DNA of 36,536 nucleotides from IMG/VR virus record IMGVR_UViG_3300009155_003695, positions 1 to 36,536 of that record; one strand, 5' to 3'. The DNA is from a virus. Taxonomy: Duplodnaviria; Caudoviricetes. Positions within the stretch are counted from its first letter, which is position 1, and each line of letters starts with the position of its first letter. Both the position numbers and the translations under genes were made by a program. Shown here piece after piece: positions 1 through 7,324 of this stretch. Under the pieces are notes generated by a model, which saw only the letters and a program-made list of their open reading frames with translations, was not told the DNA's origin and ran no database searches.

Positions 1-246
1 AGACCCAGAATAAACTTTGACCTTGCCTGCGTCAGTATCGTACCACAACTGCCCTTCGATTGGATTGCCAGGAGGGGAACTATCGGCAAAATTTTCCAGT
101 TGATGTACTAGATTTTCAACTTCGTATTCACCGTAAGGTGTAACATTTTTACCAACCAAGGTTTGACTGGTGGCAGTGGTATTAACAGTACCATCTTGTA
201 CCACTGCAATAATTTGTCCACGACTGTTGTTGACTACATATGACAT
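1..246 (-). CDS. Virion structural (tail/baseplate-type) protein, N-terminal part; runs off the window edge
   Basis: Hand-translated from ATG at 246: MSYVVNNSRGQIIAVVQDGTVNTTATSQTLVGKNVTPYGEYEVENLVHQLENFADSSPPGNPIEGQLWYDTD. The LENFA...P.NP.EGQLWYD pattern is typical of phage tail/baseplate proteins. An ATAAATA late-promoter-like box lies upstream. Confidence 0.7.
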   Translation of the reverse strand, partial: MSYVVNNSRGQIIAVVQDGTVNTTATSQTLVGKNVTPYGEYEVENLVHQLENFADSSPPGNPIEGQLWYDTDAGKVKVYSGS

Positions 247-275
247 AGATCAGGGCTCTTTTCAATAAGTACATC

Positions 276-282
276 TATTTAT
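276..282 (-). promoter_or_regulatory. T4-type late-promoter-like box ATAAATA
   Basis: Matches the core of the T4 late promoter TATAAATA, about 30 nt upstream of a structural gene. Confidence 0.6.
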
Positions 283-312
283 GCTGTACCTATGACTAGA
301 GCCCTGTAAAGA

Positions 313-534
313 TTAATTGTATTTGATATAAAACCAGGTGGCTAAAATGTCATTATAAAATGTAAATTCTGTGACTTTTGGTGTAGCCACAGTGAATCCA
401 TCGTCGTTGTACACAGTGGGACGATATGCAAAGTCAAAATCCTGTCCCTGCACATAACCTTGCGCCCGCAGATCATACACAATGTCCATGCTGGCGGATA
501 CTGTTTTGCGTAACAGTTTAACAGTCCCGGTCAT
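313..534 (-). CDS. Hypothetical protein
   Basis: 73 aa ORF, co-oriented and overlapping the upstream gene end. Confidence 0.7.
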   Translation of the reverse strand: MTGTVKLLRKTVSASMDIVYDLRAQGYVQGQDFDFAYRPTVYNDDGFTVATPKVTEFTFYNDILATWFYIKYN

Positions 535-1042
535 CTACCACAATCCAGCCAATGCTGAATAGATCTTGACGAATTTCATCAGTGACTACACCTTCGCTCA
601 CGTATTCCTTGGCACCAGATACATCCCCATTGCCCAGACCTTCGCCTATGCCCGAACAGTACCAGTCGATGTAGTCACCAGATTCACGCATGTCAGCAAT
701 AATACCGCCGGCATATCGCCAACTACAGCCCCAGATTTGATCTTTTAATATAGGCAAAACATCATTCTTTTGGAAGTCATTGTTGCACATTGCGGCATAG
801 AGATTCTGGGCATAGGTGTCGCTGGCTCTTACTTTGATCAACAACCACTCTGTGGTACGTAGATCGTACTCCATGTTGTTATTCTGCCAGTCTGGATTTG
901 CTAGATTTTCCTCGTCATGTTGTCGTGCGGACTTGAAAAGATTTACATAATCCTCGCTGGGCTCTTTGCCTTCCTCTTCGCAACGTTTAACATACTGTTC
1001 TGCTTGAAAGGTATGTCGTTTGGGACTTCTACTAATTTTCAT
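518..1042 (-). CDS. Hypothetical phage protein
   Basis: 174 aa ORF with protein-like composition (YAQNLYAAMCNN, WRYAGGIIA, YIDWYCSG). Confidence 0.8.
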   Translation of the reverse strand: MKISRSPKRHTFQAEQYVKRCEEEGKEPSEDYVNLFKSARQHDEENLANPDWQNNNMEYDLRTTEWLLIKVRASDTYAQNLYAAMCNNDFQKNDVLPILKDQIWGCSWRYAGGIIADMRESGDYIDWYCSGIGEGLGNGDVSGAKEYVSEGVVTDEIRQDLFSIGWIVVDDRDC

Positions 1043-1049
1043 TTGAGTT

Positions 1050-1128
1050 TGGTGGGCCGTCTAGGAGTCGAACCTAGCACCAATGGATTATGAGTCCACT
1101 GCTCTAACCAAGCATGAGCTAACGGCCC
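1050..1128 (-). tRNA. tRNA with CAU anticodon, most likely tRNA-Ile2 (lysidine type)
   Basis: Minus strand reads GGGCCGT TAGCTCA...GAGCA GTGGA CT-CAT-AA TCCAT TGGTG CTAGG TTCGACT CCTAG ACGGCCC A CCA. It has a perfect 7-bp acceptor stem, a T-loop and encoded CCA, and resembles bacterial ileX-type tRNAs. Confidence 0.93.
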
Positions 1129-1134
1129 GTGTTC

Positions 1135-1632
1135 TTACTTAAGGTTATCTATGGCTGCTCGCAACACATGTTCAACCATTTGATTAAGCGTGATGTCTTG
1201 CTTGTGAGCTCTCAGCATGAGATCAAACAGTATGTCATCGTCTAGATCAAGTGGGACGCTGATCCTGGTATCGTACTCCTGTCCCTGACTAATTGCCCGC
1301 AATTTGGCCAGGAAATCATCAAGCACTTCCAAGTCAGTGTAAACAACTTCACCCCAGGCTTGATCGGCGCTGACACGTCGGTCCAGGCACTCCTGCTCTC
1401 GGGCTGAACTATATGCGGGATCCACCCAGCGATAGGCCCGGTCGTTTACATAGTCACTCACAGTGAGTTCGTAACAGTTTTGGTCATCACGATCAAAGAT
1501 CATTGATGCGGAGTATTGATCCAAGAAGTCACTGTCCAGCGAGTATGCATTGGTACCATAGCAGTCCCACAAGTAGTTCCCGCCACCGGTGATGCGATAA
1601 TCAATGGCCTGACAAAAACGTTGAAAAATCAT
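1135..1632 (-). CDS. Hypothetical protein with possible C-terminal ribbon-helix-helix
   Basis: 165 aa. The C-terminus VPLDLDDDILFDLMLRAHKQDITLNQMVEHVL has an RHH-like pattern. Confidence 0.65.
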   Translation of the reverse strand: MIFQRFCQAIDYRITGGGNYLWDCYGTNAYSLDSDFLDQYSASMIFDRDDQNCYELTVSDYVNDRAYRWVDPAYSSAREQECLDRRVSADQAWGEVVYTDLEVLDDFLAKLRAISQGQEYDTRISVPLDLDDDILFDLMLRAHKQDITLNQMVEHVLRAAIDNLK

Positions 1633-1634
1633 GA

Positions 1635-2012
1635 TTAGTCCTTGTTTAGTTTAACATATGCGGCAAGCCGTGGAGGTTCCCAGCCCACGGGTTTGAGCAC
1701 TTTACCATCTTCACGCTTGCGTACCTTGCCGGTTCGTTTGTCAATCTTGGCAAAGTTACTGTGCATGACTTCCTTCCAGGCACCTTCGGCATCGGCACCC
1801 ATGCTGTGAATAGCACCCACAGTGACCACCAAGATATCAATCAATGCATCAAGAATCTCGACATCATTATTGTCGGCTCGGGCCTGTTTGAGTTCCTGGT
1901 GTTCTTCTTCAATGAGATCACAGTACATGTCAAACTGTGTGCCATTGAACCGGTCAACTGTTTGGTCACAGGACTTCATAAATTTGCGTTGATCATTAAA
2001 CACATTGCTCAT
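1635..2012 (-). CDS. MazG-like / all-alpha NTP pyrophosphohydrolase
   Basis: EEEHQEL...EILDALIDILVV acidic metal-binding helices and a C-terminal SNFAK...REDGKVLKP..W motif. Confidence 0.85.
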   Translation of the reverse strand: MSNVFNDQRKFMKSCDQTVDRFNGTQFDMYCDLIEEEHQELKQARADNNDVEILDALIDILVVTVGAIHSMGADAEGAWKEVMHSNFAKIDKRTGKVRKREDGKVLKPVGWEPPRLAAYVKLNKD

Positions 2013-2158
2013 GCTGAGTATTCCTGTTTGTTAATATGTTTGGGACGACGACGATAACGTGTCTTGGGCTCAACCCGCTGAGGTCGAAATGGAGAGTCGT
2101 TGGCAAACAACACGTAATGACGTCTTGTCTTTTGCGGAATTTTAACAACGATCTTCAT
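2009..2158 (-). CDS. 49 aa basic peptide, ArfA-like (not in the ORF track)
   Basis: MKIVVKIPQKTRRHYVLFANDSPFRPQRVEPKTRYRRRPKHINKQEYSA. It has an ATGA overlap with the next gene and its own promoter. Confidence 0.7.
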   Translation of the reverse strand: MKIVVKIPQKTRRHYVLFANDSPFRPQRVEPKTRYRRRPKHINKQEYSA

Positions 2159-2167
2159 AGTGCAGTA

Positions 2168-2196
2168 ATTATACTAGAAATGATTAGATTAGTCAA
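2168..2196 (-). promoter_or_regulatory. Sigma70-type promoter
   Basis: TTGACT-17 nt-TATAAT; the ATG follows 9 nt after the -10 box. Confidence 0.8.
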
Positions 2197-2530
2197 CTCT
2201 GTTGTAAGCTTTTATTGCTTGGATGTTGTTCAAAATATACTGACCAGTCAAGTTGTGCCATTGATCAAAGCTGGCCAACTGACGTGGTTCCAAGGGCAGT
2301 TGATAGGTACTGAGCCAGGTTTTCACTGTGCGAGTTCTTGCTTCACTGGGCCAATTCAACGTGGCTTTTAGGCACTGCTCTGCACGAGCATGGAATCGTT
2401 GTTTACCACGCCGTTGACTCAGTGCCCGGAGTTCTTGTCCCCAGGCATGAGCCAACTGTGCGTGATTCTCGCTCAACAAATCCCACATCAATTCTTTGCT
2501 GTATTGGCCTGTGGTCATGCCACCAGCCAA
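2189..2530 (-). CDS. Hypothetical protein
   Basis: 113 aa ORF in the gene run. Confidence 0.65.
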   Translation of the reverse strand: MAGGMTTGQYSKELMWDLLSENHAQLAHAWGQELRALSQRRGKQRFHARAEQCLKATLNWPSEARTRTVKTWLSTYQLPLEPRQLASFDQWHNLTGQYILNNIQAIKAYNRVD

Positions 2531-2835
2531 AGCATTTCTTCTTTGACTTCCACGCTTTCGGCACCATCATATTCATTTATTCTGAATTCTGCACCTACAT
2601 CAAGCCATGCAATCGCTAAATCCCGCAGACCACCGTCATAGATGTCGGGATACTTGAGTGTGACATAGGTCTGTAGCTCGTCCCATTGTTCTTTTTCCAC
2701 AAAATCAACGATAATGGGGTCAAAAAGAATTTCCGGTAATTCCTGATTCCAAGTGCTCCAGCCCGCACCAAAGCCCGGCGAATACAGCACCGCCACCTGG
2801 CCATTTCGAATCAATTTTTTAATATTCGTCATCAT
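2515..2835 (-). CDS. Hypothetical phage protein
   Basis: 106 aa with VAVLYSPGFGAGWSTWN and FRINEYDGAESV motifs of a small phage protein type. Confidence 0.8.
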   Translation of the reverse strand: MMTNIKKLIRNGQVAVLYSPGFGAGWSTWNQELPEILFDPIIVDFVEKEQWDELQTYVTLKYPDIYDGGLRDLAIAWLDVGAEFRINEYDGAESVEVKEEMLWLVA

Positions 2836-2877
2836 ACTCTTCTGTGGCCGACCCTTCGGCGTTAATATGTAAATTCT

Positions 2878-3045
2878 TTAAGAATTTATAGTTTCAAACG
2901 GACTGAGTTCTTCCATGTCAGCTGTGCTGGACGTCTCATAAACCCAGGTAACAGGCACTTGCAAAATCCGCGCAATAGTCACCGGCAAGTAGCCGGCTTC
3001 CAGCATGTCGCTGATCTCTAGTGATAAATTGCTCATTGCACTCAT
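2878..3045 (-). CDS. Small hypothetical protein (possible HTH)
   Basis: Start moved to MSAMSNL, behind an AGGAG SD and a promoter. PVTIARILQVPVTWV is HTH-like. Confidence 0.65.
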   Translation of the reverse strand: MSAMSNLSLEISDMLEAGYLPVTIARILQVPVTWVYETSSTADMEELSPFETINS

Positions 3046-3069
3046 TTCAACTCCTTGTTTGCTGTCTGT

Positions 3070-3098
3070 ATTATACAGAATTTTTGATTTTGAGTCAA
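3070..3098 (-). promoter_or_regulatory. Sigma70-type promoter
   Basis: TTGACT-17-TATAAT. Confidence 0.85.
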
Positions 3099-3259
3099 TC
3101 AATTTGAATGTCTACAATCTGGCCATTTCGAAAAATGTAGTAGCAGTTCACCAATCCATAATTGACCCAGATACAGTTGTTGCCAGGTCGCATGTCGTAG
3201 TGTTGTATTCCTCGCCTGGCAAGATCGTCTTGCACCAGAATTACTTCAAACTCGTTCAC
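3095..3259 (-). CDS. 54 aa hypothetical protein (GTG start, not in the ORF track)
   Basis: GGAG SD, then GTG-NEFEVILVQDDLARRGIQHYDMRPGNNCIWVNYGLVNCYYIFRNGQIVDIQID. It fills the gap between neighbours exactly. Confidence 0.65.
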   Translation of the reverse strand: MNEFEVILVQDDLARRGIQHYDMRPGNNCIWVNYGLVNCYYIFRNGQIVDIQID

Positions 3260-3260
3260 A

Positions 3261-3485
3261 TCAACTCCAGTCTTTCTTGTTGCCAGTGGCTTCGTTATCG
3301 CGATAACCGGCTGTGTAAGCCACGATTTCTTCGGCTGTCATGTCAGCTAGATCAATTCGTGTGCTGTTGAAGCTGTTGCCGGTAAAGTAGTGAGGATTGT
3401 ATTCACGACCGTAGTAGCTGTCGGCAGCACCACGATCATAGGGACCGCCATGTCGTGTGTTATAAGTTGGTTTTTCTGCAATCAT
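3261..3485 (-). CDS. Hypothetical protein
   Basis: 74 aa with an AGGAG SD and a cassette promoter (HGGPYDRGAADSYY). Confidence 0.8.
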   Translation of the reverse strand: MIAEKPTYNTRHGGPYDRGAADSYYGREYNPHYFTGNSFNSTRIDLADMTAEEIVAYTAGYRDNEATGNKKDWS

Positions 3486-3514
3486 TTCTGGCTCCTTTTT
3501 GTTACTATACTCGT

Positions 3515-3543
3515 ATTATAGCAAATGATGCATTTCTGGTCAA
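3515..3543 (-). promoter_or_regulatory. Repeated early promoter cassette, copy 1
   Basis: TTGACC agaaatgcatcatttgc TATAAT. Confidence 0.9.
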
Positions 3544-3544
3544 G

Positions 3545-3961
3545 TCATTTAACCAATGCGTAAGGGCGATCCCAGCGACCAATGTTCAAATCATAGTAGT
3601 ATGCGGTGTTAAAATAATCAGTCATGGGGTCTGATTCATCGTAGTAGTCAGCGGCTTTGAGTGCCGCAAATGCCTCGGTCAAAAAGGCCTTGGCATCACC
3701 ATCATAATGGTCCTGAAACCAGTAAGGGTTTACTTGACCGTGACCAGTGTTGTTGGGACGAAATCCACGTGACACTTGATAATGATCGTTACCACAAACA
3801 CGATTGCTGTTGGCAATAAAATCAATGGGACCTGATTTAAGAGTCAGGGTAATTGTCATGTGATTGCGAACTGACAAAGTTCCTTTGATGCCATACCTGG
3901 CCAGCACAGGCTTGAGTGCTGTTGCGATTTTTGCTTTGCGTTCTTGATTCATGTATGCCAT
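3545..3961 (-). CDS. Hypothetical early protein
   Basis: Start moved to MAYMNQERK behind AAGGAG. The C-terminal DESDPMTDYF recalls polyvalent-protein LPD-type domains (tentative). Confidence 0.75.
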   Translation of the reverse strand: MAYMNQERKAKIATALKPVLARYGIKGTLSVRNHMTITLTLKSGPIDFIANSNRVCGNDHYQVSRGFRPNNTGHGQVNPYWFQDHYDGDAKAFLTEAFAALKAADYYDESDPMTDYFNTAYYYDLNIGRWDRPYALVK

Positions 3962-3971
3962 TATGATCTCC

Positions 3972-4346
3972 TTAGGCTGTTTTGCGAAAGTATTGATAGG
4001 GCAGGCCCAAATCATAGCACAGGTATTCCCAGTCACCATTGGCATTGCTAGATTGCATGATCCAACGCAAGGCTGTTTCACGATCACCAGCACCCATGCA
4101 GATGGTGTTGATCACATGCTTCTCGAATTTCTCAATGGCCTCGGCTTCGGCCGCCTTGCGAGCAATCTCTTCGCGCTCAATGGCCTGGCCCAGGATTACA
4201 AACTCTTCTTGAAACTGCTCAAGAGTCCAGGCACTGGTATCAATACCACGGGGACGAAAGCCATGGGCGTCTTTGTACATGTCCCAGAACATGCACTGAG
4301 CCTGCTCCAATTCACTCATTTCTTCCCAAGTTGTCATTGCTTCCAT
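3972..4346 (-). CDS. Hypothetical early protein
   Basis: Start moved to MEAMTTWEE behind AAGGAG; contains WDMYKDAHGFRPR. Confidence 0.8.
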   Translation of the reverse strand: MEAMTTWEEMSELEQAQCMFWDMYKDAHGFRPRGIDTSAWTLEQFQEEFVILGQAIEREEIARKAAEAEAIEKFEKHVINTICMGAGDRETALRWIMQSSNANGDWEYLCYDLGLPYQYFRKTA

Positions 4347-4351
4347 TTCCA

Positions 4352-4408
4352 GCTCCTTGTTTCTTACTATGTTCATATTATAGCAAATGGGCCATTTCTG
4401 GTCAACCA
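4352..4408. repeat. 57-bp exact direct repeat, copy A (promoter + SD cassette)
   Basis: gctccttgtttcttactatgttcatattatagcaaatgggccatttctggtcaacca, identical to 4637-4693. It contains TTGACC-17-TATAAT (4377-4405) and AAGGAG on the minus strand. Confidence 0.95.
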
Positions 4409-4412
4409 GATT

Positions 4413-4631
4413 TTAAATTGCTTGAGAGTACCAACCTTCACGCTCAATTTTGCGATTGGCTCGGCGAATAGTGTTACGGGCTTTGTCAACACCGGGTGTT
4501 GAACTTGATGCATGGATGCTACCGTTGGCTAGAAGAAACTCAACCGCCGTGTGCTTGGCCTGATATGTTTTCAGTGCCACTGCAGGGATCAACATTGGGC
4601 GACCGTTTATAGGGGTAAAAGTGACTTTCAT
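4413..4631 (-). CDS. Hypothetical early protein between the 57-bp repeats
   Basis: Start moved to MKVTFTPING behind the cassette SD; 72 aa. Confidence 0.7.
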   Translation of the reverse strand: MKVTFTPINGRPMLIPAVALKTYQAKHTAVEFLLANGSIHASSSTPGVDKARNTIRRANRKIEREGWYSQAI

Positions 4632-4636
4632 TACTG

Positions 4637-4693
4637 GCTCCTTGTTTCTTACTATGTTCATATTATAGCAAATGGGCCATTTCTGGTCAACCA
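4637..4693. repeat. 57-bp exact direct repeat, copy B (promoter + SD cassette)
   Basis: Identical to 4352-4408; promoter at 4662-4690. Confidence 0.95.
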
Positions 4694-4836
4694 CTGTTTT
4701 ACGCTGTTTTTGTGTGCTTTGATGCAGTTGTACAGCTTCTAAGGGCGTAAACCACCCTGACAGGCAAAAATGTGTACTCAAGTATTGGTTTTGGGGGCTA
4801 AAACTGCAAACTCAAGTACTACTTTTTGGGGCCGAT

Positions 4837-5238
4837 TTAGACTTCGATTGCCCTGCGGAACACAATTTCTTGCTTGGCAAATGCTTGAATTTCCCAGGGC
4901 TGGTCCAGGTACGGGGTCCGGAGTCCGTAAAATTTGCCCTTCCATCGCTTACCCCGGGGGGTGACCTGGAGAGTGCCTTTGGCAAACTGTGCCACATGGG
5001 TAAGCTCGTGTGCCAGGGTGGCGCCCAGGGCCTGCAGATCTTTAACAGGTTTGAGTACCACAAGATAGGTATCAATTCCGGCCAAGGGAATGGTACTACC
5101 AAGCTCTTCGATATCGGGATCAAGAATGATATGCAAGAGTTTTTGATTTTTGGTCAGTTTGAGTTGATCCAGCATAGAGGGAACCAATGACTCCACATAT
5201 TTGCAGGCCCGTGTACGACCTTCAACATAAAATTCCAT
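4837..5238 (-). CDS. Putative zincin metallopeptidase
   Basis: HExxH motif (LAHELTHVAQ) plus a downstream PWEIQA glutamate. Confidence 0.75.
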   Translation of the reverse strand: MEFYVEGRTRACKYVESLVPSMLDQLKLTKNQKLLHIILDPDIEELGSTIPLAGIDTYLVVLKPVKDLQALGATLAHELTHVAQFAKGTLQVTPRGKRWKGKFYGLRTPYLDQPWEIQAFAKQEIVFRRAIEV

Positions 5239-5239
5239 T

Positions 5240-5467
5240 TTATAATCCTACGGCTTTTTTGATTTCGAAACGAGCAATCTTTTCGTCAAAGTACATACGC
5301 ACACCTTCATTGACGGGACTTGCTACCACAATCTCTCCTAGCTCTACAGCCAAGGCTTCGGTAAAGCGAGTTAGAATGGCCTGTGTATCTTCCATTTGAT
5401 CCAAGGGGTCTCGGTCTAGAATTTCTGCATATTTTGCAATCAAATTTTCTACAGTAGAGTGCATCAT
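5240..5467 (-). CDS. Hypothetical protein
   Basis: 75 aa directly behind a cassette promoter. Confidence 0.7.
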   Translation of the reverse strand: MMHSTVENLIAKYAEILDRDPLDQMEDTQAILTRFTEALAVELGEIVVASPVNEGVRMYFDEKIARFEIKKAVGL

Positions 5468-5496
5468 TTTGGAGTACTTTTTCTTACTAAGCTTGT

Positions 5497-5525
5497 ATTA
5501 TAATAAATGGGTGAATTCTGGTCAA
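5497..5525 (-). promoter_or_regulatory. Repeated early promoter cassette
   Basis: TTGACC agaattcacccatttat TATAAT. Confidence 0.9.
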
Positions 5526-5545
5526 CTGAAATTACAGTGTTGCTT

Positions 5546-5869
5546 TTACACAACACCACGTACATCTGTGTTCAAGTTGGGTTTATGTTGGCGAATCAGC
5601 TCACGCTCAAGATTGTGAGCTTCGGTTTTGCCACGCAAAACAGCCAGAACGTTCACAGTGAAACCTTCAACACCACGCTCACGCATGCACTCATACAGTG
5701 CCCAGCTCTTGTCTTCGCTACGTGAACGATACAGGTGCTTCATGCAACGAGTCATCACAGACTTCTTTACAGTGGACGCTGTCTTTGCAGTAACGCCAAT
5801 GTAGAAGTCCGAGCCCGAAGTGAGCATGTAAACAATGTGTGTACGATCTGAACGCTTTTTTCTCATCAT
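5546..5869 (-). CDS. GIY-YIG nuclease-family protein (standalone)
   Basis: HIVY...FYIGVT...R...H...LE...LN catalytic pattern. The real start is probably MMRKKRSDR at 5869. Confidence 0.8.
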   Translation of the reverse strand: MMRKKRSDRTHIVYMLTSGSDFYIGVTAKTASTVKKSVMTRCMKHLYRSRSEDKSWALYECMRERGVEGFTVNVLAVLRGKTEAHNLERELIRQHKPNLNTDVRGVV

Positions 5870-5875
5870 GTAAGT

Positions 5876-5904
5876 ATTATAGCAAATGACGAGATTCTGG
5901 TCAA
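5876..5904 (-). promoter_or_regulatory. Repeated early promoter cassette, leaderless transcript
   Basis: TTGACC agaatctcgtcatttgc TATAAT, then 6 nt, then ATG. Confidence 0.88.
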
Positions 5905-5972
5905 CCTGCTGAAAAATCAGGCAAAATTGGTGTTGCACAAAAACAACACCCAGATTCTGCTGAAAAATAGAC

Positions 5973-5997
5973 AAAAACCCTGAATTTTACAGGGTTT
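5973..5997 (-). terminator. Rho-independent terminator
   Basis: AAACCCTG-taaaatt-CAGGGTTTTT immediately after the stop at 5999. Confidence 0.75.
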
Positions 5998-5998
5998 A

Positions 5999-6352
5999 TT
6001 AGCTGTAATTTTCCAGGAATTTCTGTAGATCGCCGTAGAGAGTGGCCAACATGGCTTCCCGGCTTGAGAACATCACCAGTTGTTTTTTCCGATAGTCAAT
6101 GTAGTAAGGGAATGTGAGCTTGCGGTCTAGAGCCAGGAGTCCGGACTTGTTGAGATTTTTAAGCTCAACCGGCACTGTCCAGTTTTCTATTTCCAAGAGT
6201 TCAAATGCAAGATATCCACAGTCGGTCAACCGCAGACCACCGGTACTGCGCAGATTCATGTACCAAGTTTTGAGTGCCCGCTCAAGGGTCATGGGCACCG
6301 ATTCAGGCAGTAGTTTTATCAGCGTTGCAGTGAGTTCACGCTTGTTTGCCAT
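5999..6352 (-). CDS. Hypothetical phage protein
   Basis: 117 aa with GGLRLT..G and PYY motifs. Confidence 0.8.
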   Translation of the reverse strand: MANKRELTATLIKLLPESVPMTLERALKTWYMNLRSTGGLRLTDCGYLAFELLEIENWTVPVELKNLNKSGLLALDRKLTFPYYIDYRKKQLVMFSSREAMLATLYGDLQKFLENYS

Positions 6353-6638
6353 CGGAATAGATTTGTTCGCCGGACCGGAGCAAAACTACCGAAAATTTAT
6401 CTGATTTGAATTGTGTGTTTAACTTCTTTGCCAGGTTAATGGCATGCCCGCGATTGCTGAAACTTACTTTGCGATACTTGGGTCCTGGGTACTGCACCAG
6501 CATGTTGGCAGTTTTCAAGTTGATTGGTTGTCCATCAAAGAACACAGCCCAAATGCCTTCGGCGGCCAGCACTTGCTCGGTGCGGTAAGTCTGCTTGTTG
6601 GTGAGTTCTACTAGAACTTTGGGTTTGGGTCTGCTCAT
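6336..6638 (-). CDS. Hypothetical basic phage protein
   Basis: 100 aa (MSRPKP...GPKYRKVSFSN.GHAINLAKKLN) with a GGAG SD and ATAAATA at 6654-6660. Confidence 0.85.
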   Translation of the reverse strand: MSRPKPKVLVELTNKQTYRTEQVLAAEGIWAVFFDGQPINLKTANMLVQYPGPKYRKVSFSNRGHAINLAKKLNTQFKSDKFSVVLLRSGEQIYSDGKQA

Positions 6639-6677
6639 TGTTATCTCCAGGTTTATTTATCATAAACTAAGCAGTTT

Positions 6678-6884
6678 TTAAAAAGAACCCCCAGTGAGTT
6701 CTACTGTGACAACTTCAGATGTATCGGTGGTTTTTTGCTCTTGCAGGTGTTGCAAAATCAACAACAGCTTGGTTATGTCGGCATGCAGGTCTCGTGCTTC
6801 GTTAATGGTCAACACAACTTCGCCCTGTCTGCGGCTCTCCACGGCCTTGATTTTGTCTATGAATTTGTTTATATGCAAACTCAC
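6678..6884 (-). CDS. Hypothetical protein
   Basis: 68 aa, overlapping the upstream stop. Confidence 0.75.
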   Translation of the reverse strand: MSLHINKFIDKIKAVESRRQGEVVLTINEARDLHADITKLLLILQHLQEQKTTDTSEVVTVELTGGSF

Positions 6885-7324
6885 TTGCTTTCGGCCTCTT
6901 GCCGGGTTTTAAAAGGTCCTTGGTAACGATATCGTTGTAGCAAAATCAACTTGGGGCATTGTACCACATCCCAGTTACGACCTTGTTTGACTCGGTACCA
7001 ACCAGCCGCATACCAGCTTCGACTGCGTGGCTCACAAGTGTACAGTGGCAATTGATGCTTGATATCCAACACAGGGTTATAAGGCTTTTCCACAGTGTCG
7101 AATCCATGCACTTGGAATTCAGGAGCCGGGACCACTGCTCGTTCCACTGCTTGAAAATCAACACTGATACGTTCCTGTATCATGCTCAGTGTTTTGTAGG
7201 TAGTAACATCCTTGTTGATTCTAACAGCAAACCCGTCGGGGCTGGCTTCAATGTTACCAATTTTTTGATTGTTTTCTTGAAGGATCCAGTATTGATCAGG
7301 TATTACTGGTTTGGCTACGATCAT
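6881..7324 (-). CDS. Hypothetical phage protein
   Basis: 147 aa with an AGGAG SD. Confidence 0.8.
   Translation of the reverse strand: MIVAKPVIPDQYWILQENNQKIGNIEASPDGFAVRINKDVTTYKTLSMIQERISVDFQAVERAVVPAPEFQVHGFDTVEKPYNPVLDIKHQLPLYTCEPRSRSWYAAGWYRVKQGRNWDVVQCPKLILLQRYRYQGPFKTRQEAESK

Noticed and set aside
5546-5869. Intron-encoded homing endonuclease
   Set aside because: The ORF is free-standing with its own promoter, has no flanking split gene and has no C-terminal DNA-binding modules.
3515-5904. Repeats as a CRISPR array or integron attC array
   Set aside because: Spacing is irregular (285 to about 860 bp), the repeats are sigma70 promoters, and no cas or integrase gene is in the window.
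3962-5974. Long N-terminal extensions given by the ORF track (4093, 4376, 4781, 5974), including a repeated MNIVRNKE peptide
   Set aside because: The extensions run through promoter cassettes or neighbouring genes. The shared peptide is just the translated 57-bp regulatory repeat.
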